A stretch of 64,000 nt of DNA from an uncultured cyanobacterium (GTDB lineage: Bacteria > Cyanobacteriota > Cyanobacteriia > Leptolyngbyales > Leptolyngbyaceae), in NCBI GenBank assembly GCA_963766075.1, contig CAVYAN010000072.1, positions 160,001-224,000 on the forward strand, read 5' to 3'. Position numbers and translations under genes: made by a program. The notes under the pieces were generated by a model. It was not told the origin of the DNA. It searched no databases and saw only the letters and a list, made by a program, of their open reading frames with translations. Below are positions 53,217-61,972 of this stretch, one piece after another (position 1 is the stretch's first letter; every line of letters starts with the position of its first letter).

Positions 53217-54530
53217 CTATTTCAAATCGATCTCGGCTTCTGCAGGCATTCCTGGCTTGGCATAATCGTGGTCTTGATCAATGGCTAGCTTGATGCCAAA
53301 GACTTGGCGAACCCGATCCTTCTTAAAGTAGATATTTTCGGGCGTAAATGAGGCTTTGGTATCAATCGCGCTAATTTTTGCGGACAGCGGCGGCTGCGAG
53401 TCCGAATCCAGGATCACCCGTGCTGGTTTGCCAACATAGATTTTACTCAGGTCACCCTCCGGCACATAGGCCCGCAGGTACACCGCCTTCGGATTAATCA
53501 CCGTCAGCAGGGTTTTGCCCGTGGCCACCACGGCTCCCGGTTCCAGAGGACGTGATTGCACCACGCCATCAATCGGCGAGGTGATTTTGAAGGAATCGAG
53601 GCGTTTTTGGAGCTGCTGCTGATTGGCAACAGCACTTTGGACCTTAGCTTGGGCAGCAGCAAATTTGGCGTAGGCCTGCTCCTTTTGCTGCTGATAGGCT
53701 GCCAGTTGGCTGCTGCGAATGGTGGGGTTGAGTTGGGTGGATTGGGTTTGGGTGAGGCTGCCCTGGGAGGCGGTCAGTTGGTCGGCGGCGGTTTTGACAG
53801 CAGCAAGGCGAACGGCGAGCTGGGCCTGGGCGGTGTCGAGGTTGGCCTGGGCCGTTTCCGCTTTGGTTTGGGCTTGGTCGTATTGCTGGCGATTAATCGC
53901 ACCTTCGCCCACGAGTTGCTGGTAGCGATCGCGATCCTTGAGGGCCAATTGCAACTCGGATTGCGCTTGTTTAATTTGGGCCTGGGCTTCTCCCACCTGG
54001 GCTTGGGCCTGGGCCAGTTGAGACTTGACGGCGGAGACCGTAGAACTGGCTTGATCCATTCGTCCTCGGGAGTCTCCCTGGGACTGCTCCAGGTTGGCCG
54101 CTGACTCTTGAATGCGGCTTTCAGCGACCGCGACCTCCAGCTTGGCTTGCGCGGCTTCCTGCTTCGCGGCACTCACTTGGGCCGTAGCTGACCGCAGTTG
54201 TTCATTGACTTCCAAGTCCTCGATTTGGGCGACCACCTGTCCGGCTTTCACCATGTCGCCTTCGTGCACCAGGATGGCGGCAATGCGTCCCCCCGTTTTA
54301 GCGCCAATGTCCGTTTCGTCTGCTTCAATCCGTCCGCTAATTTGCAGACGATTCGCCGCCGCTTGCCCCGCAAAATAGTGCCAGCCGAAATAGCTGGCGA
54401 CCAACCCGGCCCCAATTAGCAGCAGGATGCGCGGGTTAGGAGCGACGCTGACGGCGGGGGCACTGATTCGGGAGCCGTGCGGCGCTACGGGAACAGTCGT
54501 CGATTCGGGAGAAGAAACACTCTGAGTCAT
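53217..54530 (-). CDS. HlyD-family membrane fusion protein (YbhG-like)
   Basis: SGRIEA-E, V-EGD-V-AGQ, long coiled coil, SPIDG, ASFTP-NIY, KPGMPA. Confidence 0.92.
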   Translation of the reverse strand: MTQSVSSPESTTVPVAPHGSRISAPAVSVAPNPRILLLIGAGLVASYFGWHYFAGQAAANRLQISGRIEADETDIGAKTGGRIAAILVHEGDMVKAGQVVAQIEDLEVNEQLRSATAQVSAAKQEAAQAKLEVAVAESRIQESAANLEQSQGDSRGRMDQASSTVSAVKSQLAQAQAQVGEAQAQIKQAQSELQLALKDRDRYQQLVGEGAINRQQYDQAQTKAETAQANLDTAQAQLAVRLAAVKTAADQLTASQGSLTQTQSTQLNPTIRSSQLAAYQQQKEQAYAKFAAAQAKVQSAVANQQQLQKRLDSFKITSPIDGVVQSRPLEPGAVVATGKTLLTVINPKAVYLRAYVPEGDLSKIYVGKPARVILDSDSQPPLSAKISAIDTKASFTPENIYFKKDRVRQVFGIKLAIDQDHDYAKPGMPAEAEIDLK

Positions 54531-54574
54531 ATGCTGCCACCCTTAGCCGTGTAACGTTACTGCCATCATAGGGC

Positions 54575-54603
54575 TTATCATACTAGACAGTCTAGTATGA
54601 TAA
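54575..54603. promoter_or_regulatory. Probable TetR operator (perfect 14-1-14 palindrome)
   Basis: TTATCATACTAGAC-A-GTCTAGTATGATAA between the divergent hlyD-like and tetR genes. Confidence 0.75.
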
Positions 54604-54664
54604 AGGGACTGGGGAAAAGTTAATGTGGTTAACTTGAATTCCCCCCGGTGATTAAACTTGGCCT

Positions 54665-55345
54665 ATGCCTAACCCGAATGCTTCCCCTCAAACTTCTAGT
54701 CTGGTCGCTGGTCTGGCCGCTGGTCCGGCCTCTTGCCTAGAGGACACGACGATTCCCGCCTATACCCCCAAGCAAGAGGCCATTTTGCAGGGGGCAGTGC
54801 GGCTCTTTTTGCGATCGGGCTATGCGGGTACCAGCATGGATCGGGTGGCGGCGGAGGCGGGGGTGTCCAAGCAGACGATCTACAGCCACTTTCAAGATAA
54901 GGAAGGTCTGTTTCAAGCGCTGATGGAACGGATGACGATTCGGCGGTTTCAGGCGGCTTTCCAGATGGCGACGCTCCACGGGGATCCGGAGGTGCTGCTG
55001 CGCCAGTTTGCGGAAGCCTATCTCAATAAAATCGTGGATGACGAATATGTGTCGTTGCTGCGTCTAATTTTAGCCGAGTCCGCGCGGTTTCCCCATTTGG
55101 CCAAGCTCTATAGCCGGACCGTGATCCAGCAAGGACGGCAGTTGGTTGCGGATTACTTTCGAGGTCACCCGGAGTTAGGCTTTACGGATCCGGAAGCGAT
55201 CGCCCAAGTTTTTGTCGGCGCGCTGGTGTCCTATGTGATTGCCCAAGAGATTTTTTATGGGAAAGAAACGATTCCCCTATCCCGCGATCGCTTAATCGAC
55301 AGTTTGATGAGCTTGATGTTGGGCGATCGCAAAACTCCGCTGTAG
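54665..55345 (+). CDS. TetR/AcrR family regulator
   Basis: F-GY-GTSMD-VA-AGVSKQTIYSHF-DKE-LF HTH. Confidence 0.93.
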   Translation: MPNPNASPQTSSLVAGLAAGPASCLEDTTIPAYTPKQEAILQGAVRLFLRSGYAGTSMDRVAAEAGVSKQTIYSHFQDKEGLFQALMERMTIRRFQAAFQMATLHGDPEVLLRQFAEAYLNKIVDDEYVSLLRLILAESARFPHLAKLYSRTVIQQGRQLVADYFRGHPELGFTDPEAIAQVFVGALVSYVIAQEIFYGKETIPLSRDRLIDSLMSLMLGDRKTPL

Positions 55346-55397
55346 GAAATATTTCATTGTAAAAAGAGATAAAATCGAACCCATCCCGCTCGTTCTA

Positions 55398-58300
55398 TTG
55401 GCAAGCTCGCGACAGAACTTGGATAATAGCAAGGAGACAGCGCTAGGGACACCGGGCCAGAGGAGCGACGCCGTGATTGAGCTGGGTGGGTTGGTGAATA
55501 CCCTTCTAGGGTTTGGTACGGCGATCGCCAAGGACCGACTGCAACGCAGTGAGCTGGTGATCACGCTGCTGAAGAGTTTGGGCTTGGACCCGGATCATCC
55601 CCCGGCGGATTTTACGGCGGTGTATCAGTATGCGCTGGTGGAGTATGGGGTGGGCAAGCCTAAACCCGTGCTGGACATTTTTCGGCAGGTGGAAATTCAG
55701 CAGATTTTTCGGCGGGCTTTGGACCAGAACAATCCGGCGCTATTGCTGAAGGAAGGCGAAGCCTTTCTGGCGGAACATACACTGGGGGACGAACTGCAAG
55801 CCCTGGGGCTGAATGCCCAGCGGGAGCTGTATGGGTTTGCGGCGGTGTTTTTGGAGATTGCTAAGCGGACCCGCACTCCGGCGGAGGTGCTGACCAATCA
55901 GCGCTTGGACTCGTTGCATCGGCAGTTGGGCACGATGCAGGAGCGGCTGAATCGGTTGCCGACACTTGAAGGGATTCGCACGGAGATGGCGCGGTTGGCG
56001 GAGCAGGGGGTGCCCGCGGCCTCCGAGTCGAGTGCGGCGCAGCAATGTCGGGCCTTTGCCTTGGCGCAGCAGATGCGGGGCTGGTTCGAGACGCTGGGCT
56101 ATCGGTTTGAGCCGACGGAGGTGTGGGCGGATGATTATTTTGAGTGGATTCTGAATATTCCGGTGCGGCGGAATCGGTTTGATCGCATCCTGGTGCGGGG
56201 GATTGCCGGGGAGGCAGGACTGCGGGATGTGCTGGCGTTGGGGAATTCGGTGGCGACGCAGCGGACGGATGAGGGCTGGCTGGTGACGGCGCGGCGGATT
56301 AGTCGGGCGGCGCGGGATGCGGTGGAGCAGCCGGAAAATCGGCATTTGGACTGTTACACCTTTGATGAATTGGTGGATTTGGATGCGGATTTTAGTGGCT
56401 ATATTGCGTGGTTAGAGGCGGAGATTTTGCGGCGGGGAGTGGCGACGCAGTATGTGCCGTTGGCCTGTGCCAAGGAAGAGTTGGATCCGGTGACGAAGCA
56501 GCGGGTGACGGTGAGTCGCTACGATGAGCGGGACGGCTGGATTGATGGCTACTGCGATCGCTGGCTGGACGATTCCACGAAGGAACATATTTCGGTGCTG
56601 GGGGAGTTTGGCACGGGCAAGACCTGGTTTGCTTTTCACTATGCCCAGGTAGCGTTGCAGCGGTATCAGGAGGCGAAGGAGCGGGGCACGCAGCGGCCAA
56701 GGCTGCCGCTGGTGATTACGCTGCGGGACTATGCCAAGGCGTTGAATGTGGAAAATGTGCTGGCGGGGTTCTTTTTTACCCAGCACAATATTCGGCTGAA
56801 TAGTGAGGTGTTTGATCAGCTCAACCGCATGGGCAAGCTGCTGCTGATTTTTGATGGCTTTGATGAGATGGCGGCCAAGGTCGATCGCCAGCAGATGATT
56901 AACAACTTTTGGGAGTTGGCCAAGGTGGTGGTGCCGGGTGCAAAGGTGATCCTGACTTGCCGGACGGAGCATTTCCCAGAGGCGCAGGATGGGCGGGCGC
57001 TGCTGAATGCGGAGTTGCAGGCTTCGACGGCGAATTTGACCGGGGAAACGCCGCAGTTTGAGGTGTTGGAGCTGGAGAAGTTTACCGATGAGCAGATTCG
57101 GCAGGTGTTGGCGTTTCAGGCGACGGCGGCGACGGTGGAGCAGGTGATGGGGAATCCGCAGTTGCTGGATTTGGCGCGGCGGCCGGTGATGACGGAGTTG
57201 ATTTTGGAGGCGTTGCCGGATATTGAGGCGGGGAAGCCGGTGGATATGTCGCGGGTGTATTTGTATGCGGTGCGGCGCAAGATGGAGCGGGATATTAAGG
57301 CGGAGCGGACGTTTACGTCGTTGGCGGATAAGCTCTACTTTATGTGTGAGTTGTCGTGGGAGATGCTGTCTACGGATCAGATGAGTTTGAATTATCGGGA
57401 GTTTCCGGATCGGATTCGCAAGCTGTTTGGGGCGATGGTGCAGGAGGAGAAAGACCTGGATCACTGGCACTACGACATGATGGGCCAAACAATGCTGATC
57501 CGCAATGCCGATGGGGATTACACGCCCGCCCACCGTTCGCTCTTGGAGTTCTTTGTCGCCTACAAATTTGCAGCAGAATTAGGGGCCTTGGCTCCGGATT
57601 TTCTGGAGTTGGCGCAGATGCAATCGGATGTGGATTCGTCGTTGCCTGCGCGGGAGTATACGTGGTCGGAATATTTTGGACAGAGAGAGGGCGGTATTGC
57701 GCCGCTACAAGGATTTGTTAGTGAGAGTTTGGAAGTGTTGCGATCGGGCTTTGGTAATGCACCAATTACCAAAGCTGTTATAGATTTACTAACACCTATT
57801 ATTTTCAGTAAAATCCCACTAATTTATTTGACTGCCCACCAAAGAATACTAGTTAATATCTTGAAATCAACACAGCAAAAAAATAGAAATGATGTCGGTT
57901 ATGTAGGTGGCAATGTAGCAACGCTTCTTGTAAGTCATGACAAGTACGTACTTATTCGTCAAGATTTGAGTAACACCATAATACAAGCAGCAAATTTTGA
58001 AAACAGCATCTTACGCCTTACTGATTTTACGCAATCAGATTTAACTAATTGTAATTTTACGAAGATATTTGGAAAAGTTTCAACAATAGCCTTTAGTCCT
58101 GATGGTGTTTTTCTAGCTATAGGAGATAGTCATAATATAATTCGTTTGTTGGAAGTGGCCACAGGCCAAGAGGTCGCGACTTTATGTGGCCATGCTAGTT
58201 GGGTTTATTCATTAATTTTCAGCCCAGATGGATTATTACTCGCTAGTGGCAGCTATGACCAAACAGTAAAGATTTGGAATATCGAAATCGGTAAATGTGT

Positions 58301-59936
58301 CAAAACTCTATCTGGCCATACTGACTGGGTTCGTTCGGTTAAATTCAGTCCAAATGGAGAATCCATAGCCAGTGTTAGTTCAGAAATTTTACTTTGGGAC
58401 GTTCATTCGGGTGAGTGCTTACAGAAATTTTTGGGACATGAAAGTTGGATATATTCAGTAGATTTTAGTCCTTGTGGAAAAAACATAGCAAGTGCTAGTT
58501 ATGACCAAACAGTAAGATTATGGGATACCTTAACTGGTGAATGCTACCAGATCTTAAAAGGTCATTCTGGTTCTATACAATCTGTCGCTTTTAGTCAATC
58601 TGGGGAACTGTTGGCGAGTGGAGGTGAAACCATCAGATTATGGGATTTAAATACGGGTAGATGTCTGCATGTTCTAGAGGAGCATACACAGGCGGTGTGG
58701 TCACTCGCCTTTTCTCATACAACAAGATTATTAGCTAGTGCTAGTGCTGATCAAAGCGTCAAGCTCTGGGATATCTCGACTGGGCAATGTCTTCAGACCC
58801 TAAAAGGACACACAGATCGAGTATATGCAGTAGCATTCCATCCCTCTGATGAAATATTTGCTAGTGGTAGTCATGACGGCACAATCCGTTTCTGGAGTAG
58901 TCTAACTGGCGAATGTTTAAAAGTTCTCCAAGGTTACACTGACGGTGTGTGCGAACTTAGCTTTAGCACAGATGGTGCTCACATAGCCCTTGGTGGTACA
59001 AATAAGCTAATTAAAGTATGGCAAGTATGGGTTGATCCGACTCTTAGCAAATGCACATTACGTAAACCGCAGGAATTTTCAGGTTATAAGGGGTGGGTTC
59101 AAGGAGTGGATTTCAGCCCAGATAATACGATGCTTGTAGGCGGGGGGCAGGAGATTAAGATATGGGATCTGAGTAGTGGTAAATGCTTAAAAACATTTCA
59201 AGGGCATAACGACTTAACTCTTTCCACACGGTTTAACTCATTAGGAGATATTCTTGCTACCGGTGGAGATGATTCTCAGGTTAAGCTATGGTCTGTAGAG
59301 ACGGGTGAATGTCTTAAGGTGATGAAAGGACACACCAACCGCGTTTGGAAGGTCATATTTAATTCTAATGATCAAGTATTAGCTAGTTGCAGTTCAGATG
59401 AAACCATCAGAATTTGGGATGTTGCATCTGGTCGATGTCTGTCCATATTTAAAGAACATTTAAGGCACATTTATTCTTTAGCATTTAGCCCCAGAAATGA
59501 CATTTTAGCTAGTGGTGGTGATGACCGAATAGTACGAATTTGGGATGTTAAAAATCAGCGATGTATAGCATCTTTTTCAGGGCATAGTAAGCCTATTTCG
59601 GCATTAAGTTTCTCATTTAGAGATGGAGTTCTTGCTAGTGGTTCGGATGACTCCACTATTAGAATTTGGAACATTCGCACAGGTCAATGTCTCCAGATTT
59701 TAAGCGGACATACCAACTCTGTACATGCACTAGCTTTTAATCCTCGAAATGGCATTCTAGCTAGTGGTAGTTTTGATGGATGCGTCAGATTTTGGAATGT
59801 GAAAACAGGAGAATGTCTATTCAATTTAACGGATCGCCCCTACGAAGGCATGACCATCACCGGAGTCAAAGGCTTAACCGAAGCTGAGAAAGCCACACTC
59901 AGAGCACTGGGAGCGGTGGAGGATCCTAATGTTTGA
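55398..59936 (+). CDS. STAND protein: N-terminal helical + Mrr/REase-like region, NACHT NTPase, pentapeptide-like segment, ~14 WD40 repeats, conserved tail
   Basis: GEFGTGKT Walker A, LLIFDGFDEM Walker B, HRSLLEFF, WD40 repeats, tail DRPYEGMTITGVKGLTEAEKATLRALGAVE; alternative GTG start at 55473 has AGGAG. Confidence 0.92.
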   Translation: MASSRQNLDNSKETALGTPGQRSDAVIELGGLVNTLLGFGTAIAKDRLQRSELVITLLKSLGLDPDHPPADFTAVYQYALVEYGVGKPKPVLDIFRQVEIQQIFRRALDQNNPALLLKEGEAFLAEHTLGDELQALGLNAQRELYGFAAVFLEIAKRTRTPAEVLTNQRLDSLHRQLGTMQERLNRLPTLEGIRTEMARLAEQGVPAASESSAAQQCRAFALAQQMRGWFETLGYRFEPTEVWADDYFEWILNIPVRRNRFDRILVRGIAGEAGLRDVLALGNSVATQRTDEGWLVTARRISRAARDAVEQPENRHLDCYTFDELVDLDADFSGYIAWLEAEILRRGVATQYVPLACAKEELDPVTKQRVTVSRYDERDGWIDGYCDRWLDDSTKEHISVLGEFGTGKTWFAFHYAQVALQRYQEAKERGTQRPRLPLVITLRDYAKALNVENVLAGFFFTQHNIRLNSEVFDQLNRMGKLLLIFDGFDEMAAKVDRQQMINNFWELAKVVVPGAKVILTCRTEHFPEAQDGRALLNAELQASTANLTGETPQFEVLELEKFTDEQIRQVLAFQATAATVEQVMGNPQLLDLARRPVMTELILEALPDIEAGKPVDMSRVYLYAVRRKMERDIKAERTFTSLADKLYFMCELSWEMLSTDQMSLNYREFPDRIRKLFGAMVQEEKDLDHWHYDMMGQTMLIRNADGDYTPAHRSLLEFFVAYKFAAELGALAPDFLELAQMQSDVDSSLPAREYTWSEYFGQREGGIAPLQGFVSESLEVLRSGFGNAPITKAVIDLLTPIIFSKIPLIYLTAHQRILVNILKSTQQKNRNDVGYVGGNVATLLVSHDKYVLIRQDLSNTIIQAANFENSILRLTDFTQSDLTNCNFTKIFGKVSTIAFSPDGVFLAIGDSHNIIRLLEVATGQEVATLCGHASWVYSLIFSPDGLLLASGSYDQTVKIWNIEIGKCVKTLSGHTDWVRSVKFSPNGESIASVSSEILLWDVHSGECLQKFLGHESWIYSVDFSPCGKNIASASYDQTVRLWDTLTGECYQILKGHSGSIQSVAFSQSGELLASGGETIRLWDLNTGRCLHVLEEHTQAVWSLAFSHTTRLLASASADQSVKLWDISTGQCLQTLKGHTDRVYAVAFHPSDEIFASGSHDGTIRFWSSLTGECLKVLQGYTDGVCELSFSTDGAHIALGGTNKLIKVWQVWVDPTLSKCTLRKPQEFSGYKGWVQGVDFSPDNTMLVGGGQEIKIWDLSSGKCLKTFQGHNDLTLSTRFNSLGDILATGGDDSQVKLWSVETGECLKVMKGHTNRVWKVIFNSNDQVLASCSSDETIRIWDVASGRCLSIFKEHLRHIYSLAFSPRNDILASGGDDRIVRIWDVKNQRCIASFSGHSKPISALSFSFRDGVLASGSDDSTIRIWNIRTGQCLQILSGHTNSVHALAFNPRNGILASGSFDGCVRFWNVKTGECLFNLTDRPYEGMTITGVKGLTEAEKATLRALGAVEDPNV
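59832..59924 (+). repeat. Array repeat R1 (coding 3' end of the NACHT-WD40 gene)
   Basis: gatcgcccctacgaaggcatgaccatcaccggagtcaaaggcttaaccgaagctgagaaagccacactcagagcactgggagcggtggaggat. Confidence 0.95.
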
Positions 59937-60228
59937 AATCCTGACTCCCCTACATTTTACGGTCAGAACTTCAGCAACCTACTGGCAAAAACTAATTGTC
60001 AAACATCCTGACATTGCCGAGTTATGCGATCTTGTCCAAGAAACCCTTCGCGACCCTGACGAAATTCGTCGCAGCAGCCATGACCCCAACGTTCTTCTAT
60101 TTTATCGATCGCACCGCGAAAACCGCTGGGTCGTAGCCGTTGCCCGAAAACTCAACGGAGACGGCTTCCTGATCACCGCCTATCAAACCGACGCAATCAA
60201 AGAAGGAGAATCAATATGGCACAGATAA
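59929..60228 (+). CDS. Cassette A gene 1: putative RelE/BrnT-like (DUF4258-type) toxin
   Basis: 99 aa, KHP…L-DPDEIR-S-DP-V-LFY…ITAY pattern; overlaps a DUF2283-like partner. Confidence 0.65.
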   Translation: MFEILTPLHFTVRTSATYWQKLIVKHPDIAELCDLVQETLRDPDEIRRSSHDPNVLLFYRSHRENRWVVAVARKLNGDGFLITAYQTDAIKEGESIWHR

Positions 60229-60449
60229 AAGTCTTTTACGAACCCGAAATGGAACTCCTCACCATCTTTTGGCAAACCCCCAGAACCCATCAAATTTGCA
60301 CCGAACTCGGCGATGGCGTAATTCTGATCAAAGATGCCAACACGGGTGAACCGCTAGGCTTAGAACTACTCTCCTATCATCCAGGGGATAGCCGATTTGA
60401 TACGGTCAGCGTCGAAATTGGCCAGTCATCCAGCCCCGCAATAGTATGA
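60216..60449 (+). CDS. Cassette A gene 2: DUF2283-like putative antitoxin
   Basis: KVFYEPE-E-L-I-W…DGVILIKD-G-P-GLE-L pattern. Confidence 0.7.
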   Translation: MAQIKVFYEPEMELLTIFWQTPRTHQICTELGDGVILIKDANTGEPLGLELLSYHPGDSRFDTVSVEIGQSSSPAIV

Positions 60450-60520
60450 ACAACACGGTCGTCAAAGGCTTAACCGAAGCCGAGAAAACCACCCTCAAAG
60501 CCCTGGGAGCAGTGGAGGAT
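60446..60520 (+). repeat. Array repeat R2 (5'-truncated)
   Basis: atgaacaacacggtcgtcaaaggcttaaccgaagccgagaaaaccaccctcaaagccctgggagcagtggaggat. Confidence 0.93.
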
Positions 60521-60558
60521 AGCAGCAGCATGAATGATTAGATGCAGGAGAATCAATA

Positions 60559-60750
60559 TTGTCAAAGAAATCATTTCGTAAATCAGTTGAAAGCATTCGA
60601 GATCAGATCAATCGCCATTATCAAAAAATCGCCGACGAGCAAACCAAAGAAAACCCTGATGAAAACCTGATTCACTATTGGCACAAAGAAATCGCAGGAT
60701 TAGAAAAAAGTCTCGCAAAAGCTGAAAAAAGATTAAGGAGAGGACAATGA
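60559..60750 (+). CDS. Cassette B gene 1: small basic helical protein
   Basis: 63 aa, TTG start with AGGAG, ATGA overlap with the next gene. Confidence 0.75.
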   Translation: MSKKSFRKSVESIRDQINRHYQKIADEQTKENPDENLIHYWHKEIAGLEKSLAKAEKRLRRGQ

Positions 60751-60995
60751 TTTCCACACTAAAAGCATCATCAGTCAATATCAATCCAACGCTACTCACG
60801 TTACTCGCAGAACTAGAGGAAGAATGTACCCAAGTACAGTCGCTCCTCACCCAGCTCAAACTCTCAACTCTCAGCGATGATCAAAAAGGGGACATCCTAG
60901 CGGCACTCGTCGGCTCCATCTGTCATCTCCATGTTCACACCGAAGACTTGCCCGATCTGATCCAAGATGAAATTGCCACACTTCCAGATGAATAG
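60747..60995 (+). CDS. Cassette B gene 2: small acidic helical protein
   Basis: 82 aa, AGGAGAGG RBS; stop codon overlaps the HIP1 site of R3. Confidence 0.75.
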   Translation: MISTLKASSVNINPTLLTLLAELEEECTQVQSLLTQLKLSTLSDDQKGDILAALVGSICHLHVHTEDLPDLIQDEIATLPDE

Positions 60996-61089
60996 CGATC
61001 GCCCCTACGAAGGCATGAACATCACCGGAGTCAAAGGCTTAACCGAAGCCGAGAAAGCCACCCTCAAAGCCCTGGGAGCCGTGGAGGAT
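60995..61089 (+). repeat. Array repeat R3 (full length, begins with intact HIP1)
   Basis: gcgatcgcccctacgaaggcatgaacatcaccggagtcaaaggcttaaccgaagccgagaaagccaccctcaaagccctgggagccgtggaggat. Confidence 0.95.
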
Positions 61090-61093
61090 CCTA

Positions 61094-61393
61094 ATGTTTG
61101 AAATCTTGACTCCCCTACATTTTACGGTCAGAACTTCAGCAACCTACTGGCAAAAACTAATTGTCAAACATCCTGATATCGCTGAGTTATGTAATCTGGT
61201 CCAAGAAACCCTCCGTGACCCTGACGAAATTCGTCGCAGTAGTCACGACCCCAACGTTCTCCTGTTTTATCGATCGCACCGCGAAAACCGCTGGGTCGTA
61301 GCCGTTGCTCGAAAACTCAACGGAGATGGCTTCCTGATCACCGCCTACCAAACCGACGCAATCAAAGAAGGAGAATCCATATGGCACAGATAA
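61094..61393 (+). CDS. Cassette A' gene 1: diverged copy of the putative toxin
   Basis: 98/99 aa identical to 59929..60228. Confidence 0.65.
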   Translation: MFEILTPLHFTVRTSATYWQKLIVKHPDIAELCNLVQETLRDPDEIRRSSHDPNVLLFYRSHRENRWVVAVARKLNGDGFLITAYQTDAIKEGESIWHR

Positions 61394-61614
61394 AAGTCTT
61401 CTACGAACCCGAAATGGAACTCCTCACCGTCTTTTGGCAAACCCCCAGAACCAATCAAATTTGCACCGAACTTGGTGATGGCGTAATTCTGATCAAAGAT
61501 GCCAATACCGGTGAGCCGCTGGGCTTAGAACTACTCTCCTATCATCCGGGGGATAGCCGATTTGATACAGTCAGTGTCGAAATTGGCCAGTCATCCAGCC
61601 CCGCAATAGTATGA
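61381..61614 (+). CDS. Cassette A' gene 2: DUF2283-like putative antitoxin
   Basis: 75/77 aa identical to 60216..60449. Confidence 0.7.
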   Translation: MAQIKVFYEPEMELLTVFWQTPRTNQICTELGDGVILIKDANTGEPLGLELLSYHPGDSRFDTVSVEIGQSSSPAIV

Positions 61615-61685
61615 ACCTCACCGGAGTCAAAGGCTTAACCGAAGCCGAGAAAGCCACACTCAAAGCCCTGGGCGCGGTGGAGAAT
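61611..61685 (+). repeat. Array repeat R4 (5'-truncated), followed by an A-rich AATTAAAAA tract
   Basis: atgaacctcaccggagtcaaaggcttaaccgaagccgagaaagccacactcaaagccctgggcgcggtggagaat. Confidence 0.93.
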
Positions 61686-61744
61686 GAATAATTAAAAATT
61701 AAAAATGTAAAATTAAAAAATGTGTAGCTAGGAGTTTAGCAAAT

Positions 61745-61972
61745 ATGACGACTCTTGAGAAAATCAAACAGGATCTCAACCAACTAGATGAGTGGCAACT
61801 TCAGCAAGTTGCTGAATTTATTGAATCTGTCCGATCGCAACCAGAACAAATTGCCTGCGATCGCAAGCACATCTTAGAATTCCTCGCCCAGGTCCGGAGT
61901 CGTCATCCGTCACGGGCGATCGCAGAAATTGATCATGATCTCCAGCAGGAGCGCAACTCATGGGACAGTTAG
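61745..61972 (+). CDS. Cassette C gene 1: putative antitoxin
   Basis: 75 aa, L-E-QL-QV-EFIE pattern, ER-SWD tail overlapping the PIN gene start. Confidence 0.7.
   Translation: MTTLEKIKQDLNQLDEWQLQQVAEFIESVRSQPEQIACDRKHILEFLAQVRSRHPSRAIAEIDHDLQQERNSWDS

Noticed and set aside
55740..57533. Long antisense ORFs (201 and 373 aa) opposite the NACHT region, and similar shadow ORFs elsewhere
   Set aside because: Explained by biased codon usage of the sense gene; no motifs
59832..61089. Diversity-generating retroelement (VR at gene 3' end, TR downstream)
   Set aside because: No reverse transcriptase; differences between copies are mostly synonymous and not adenine-specific
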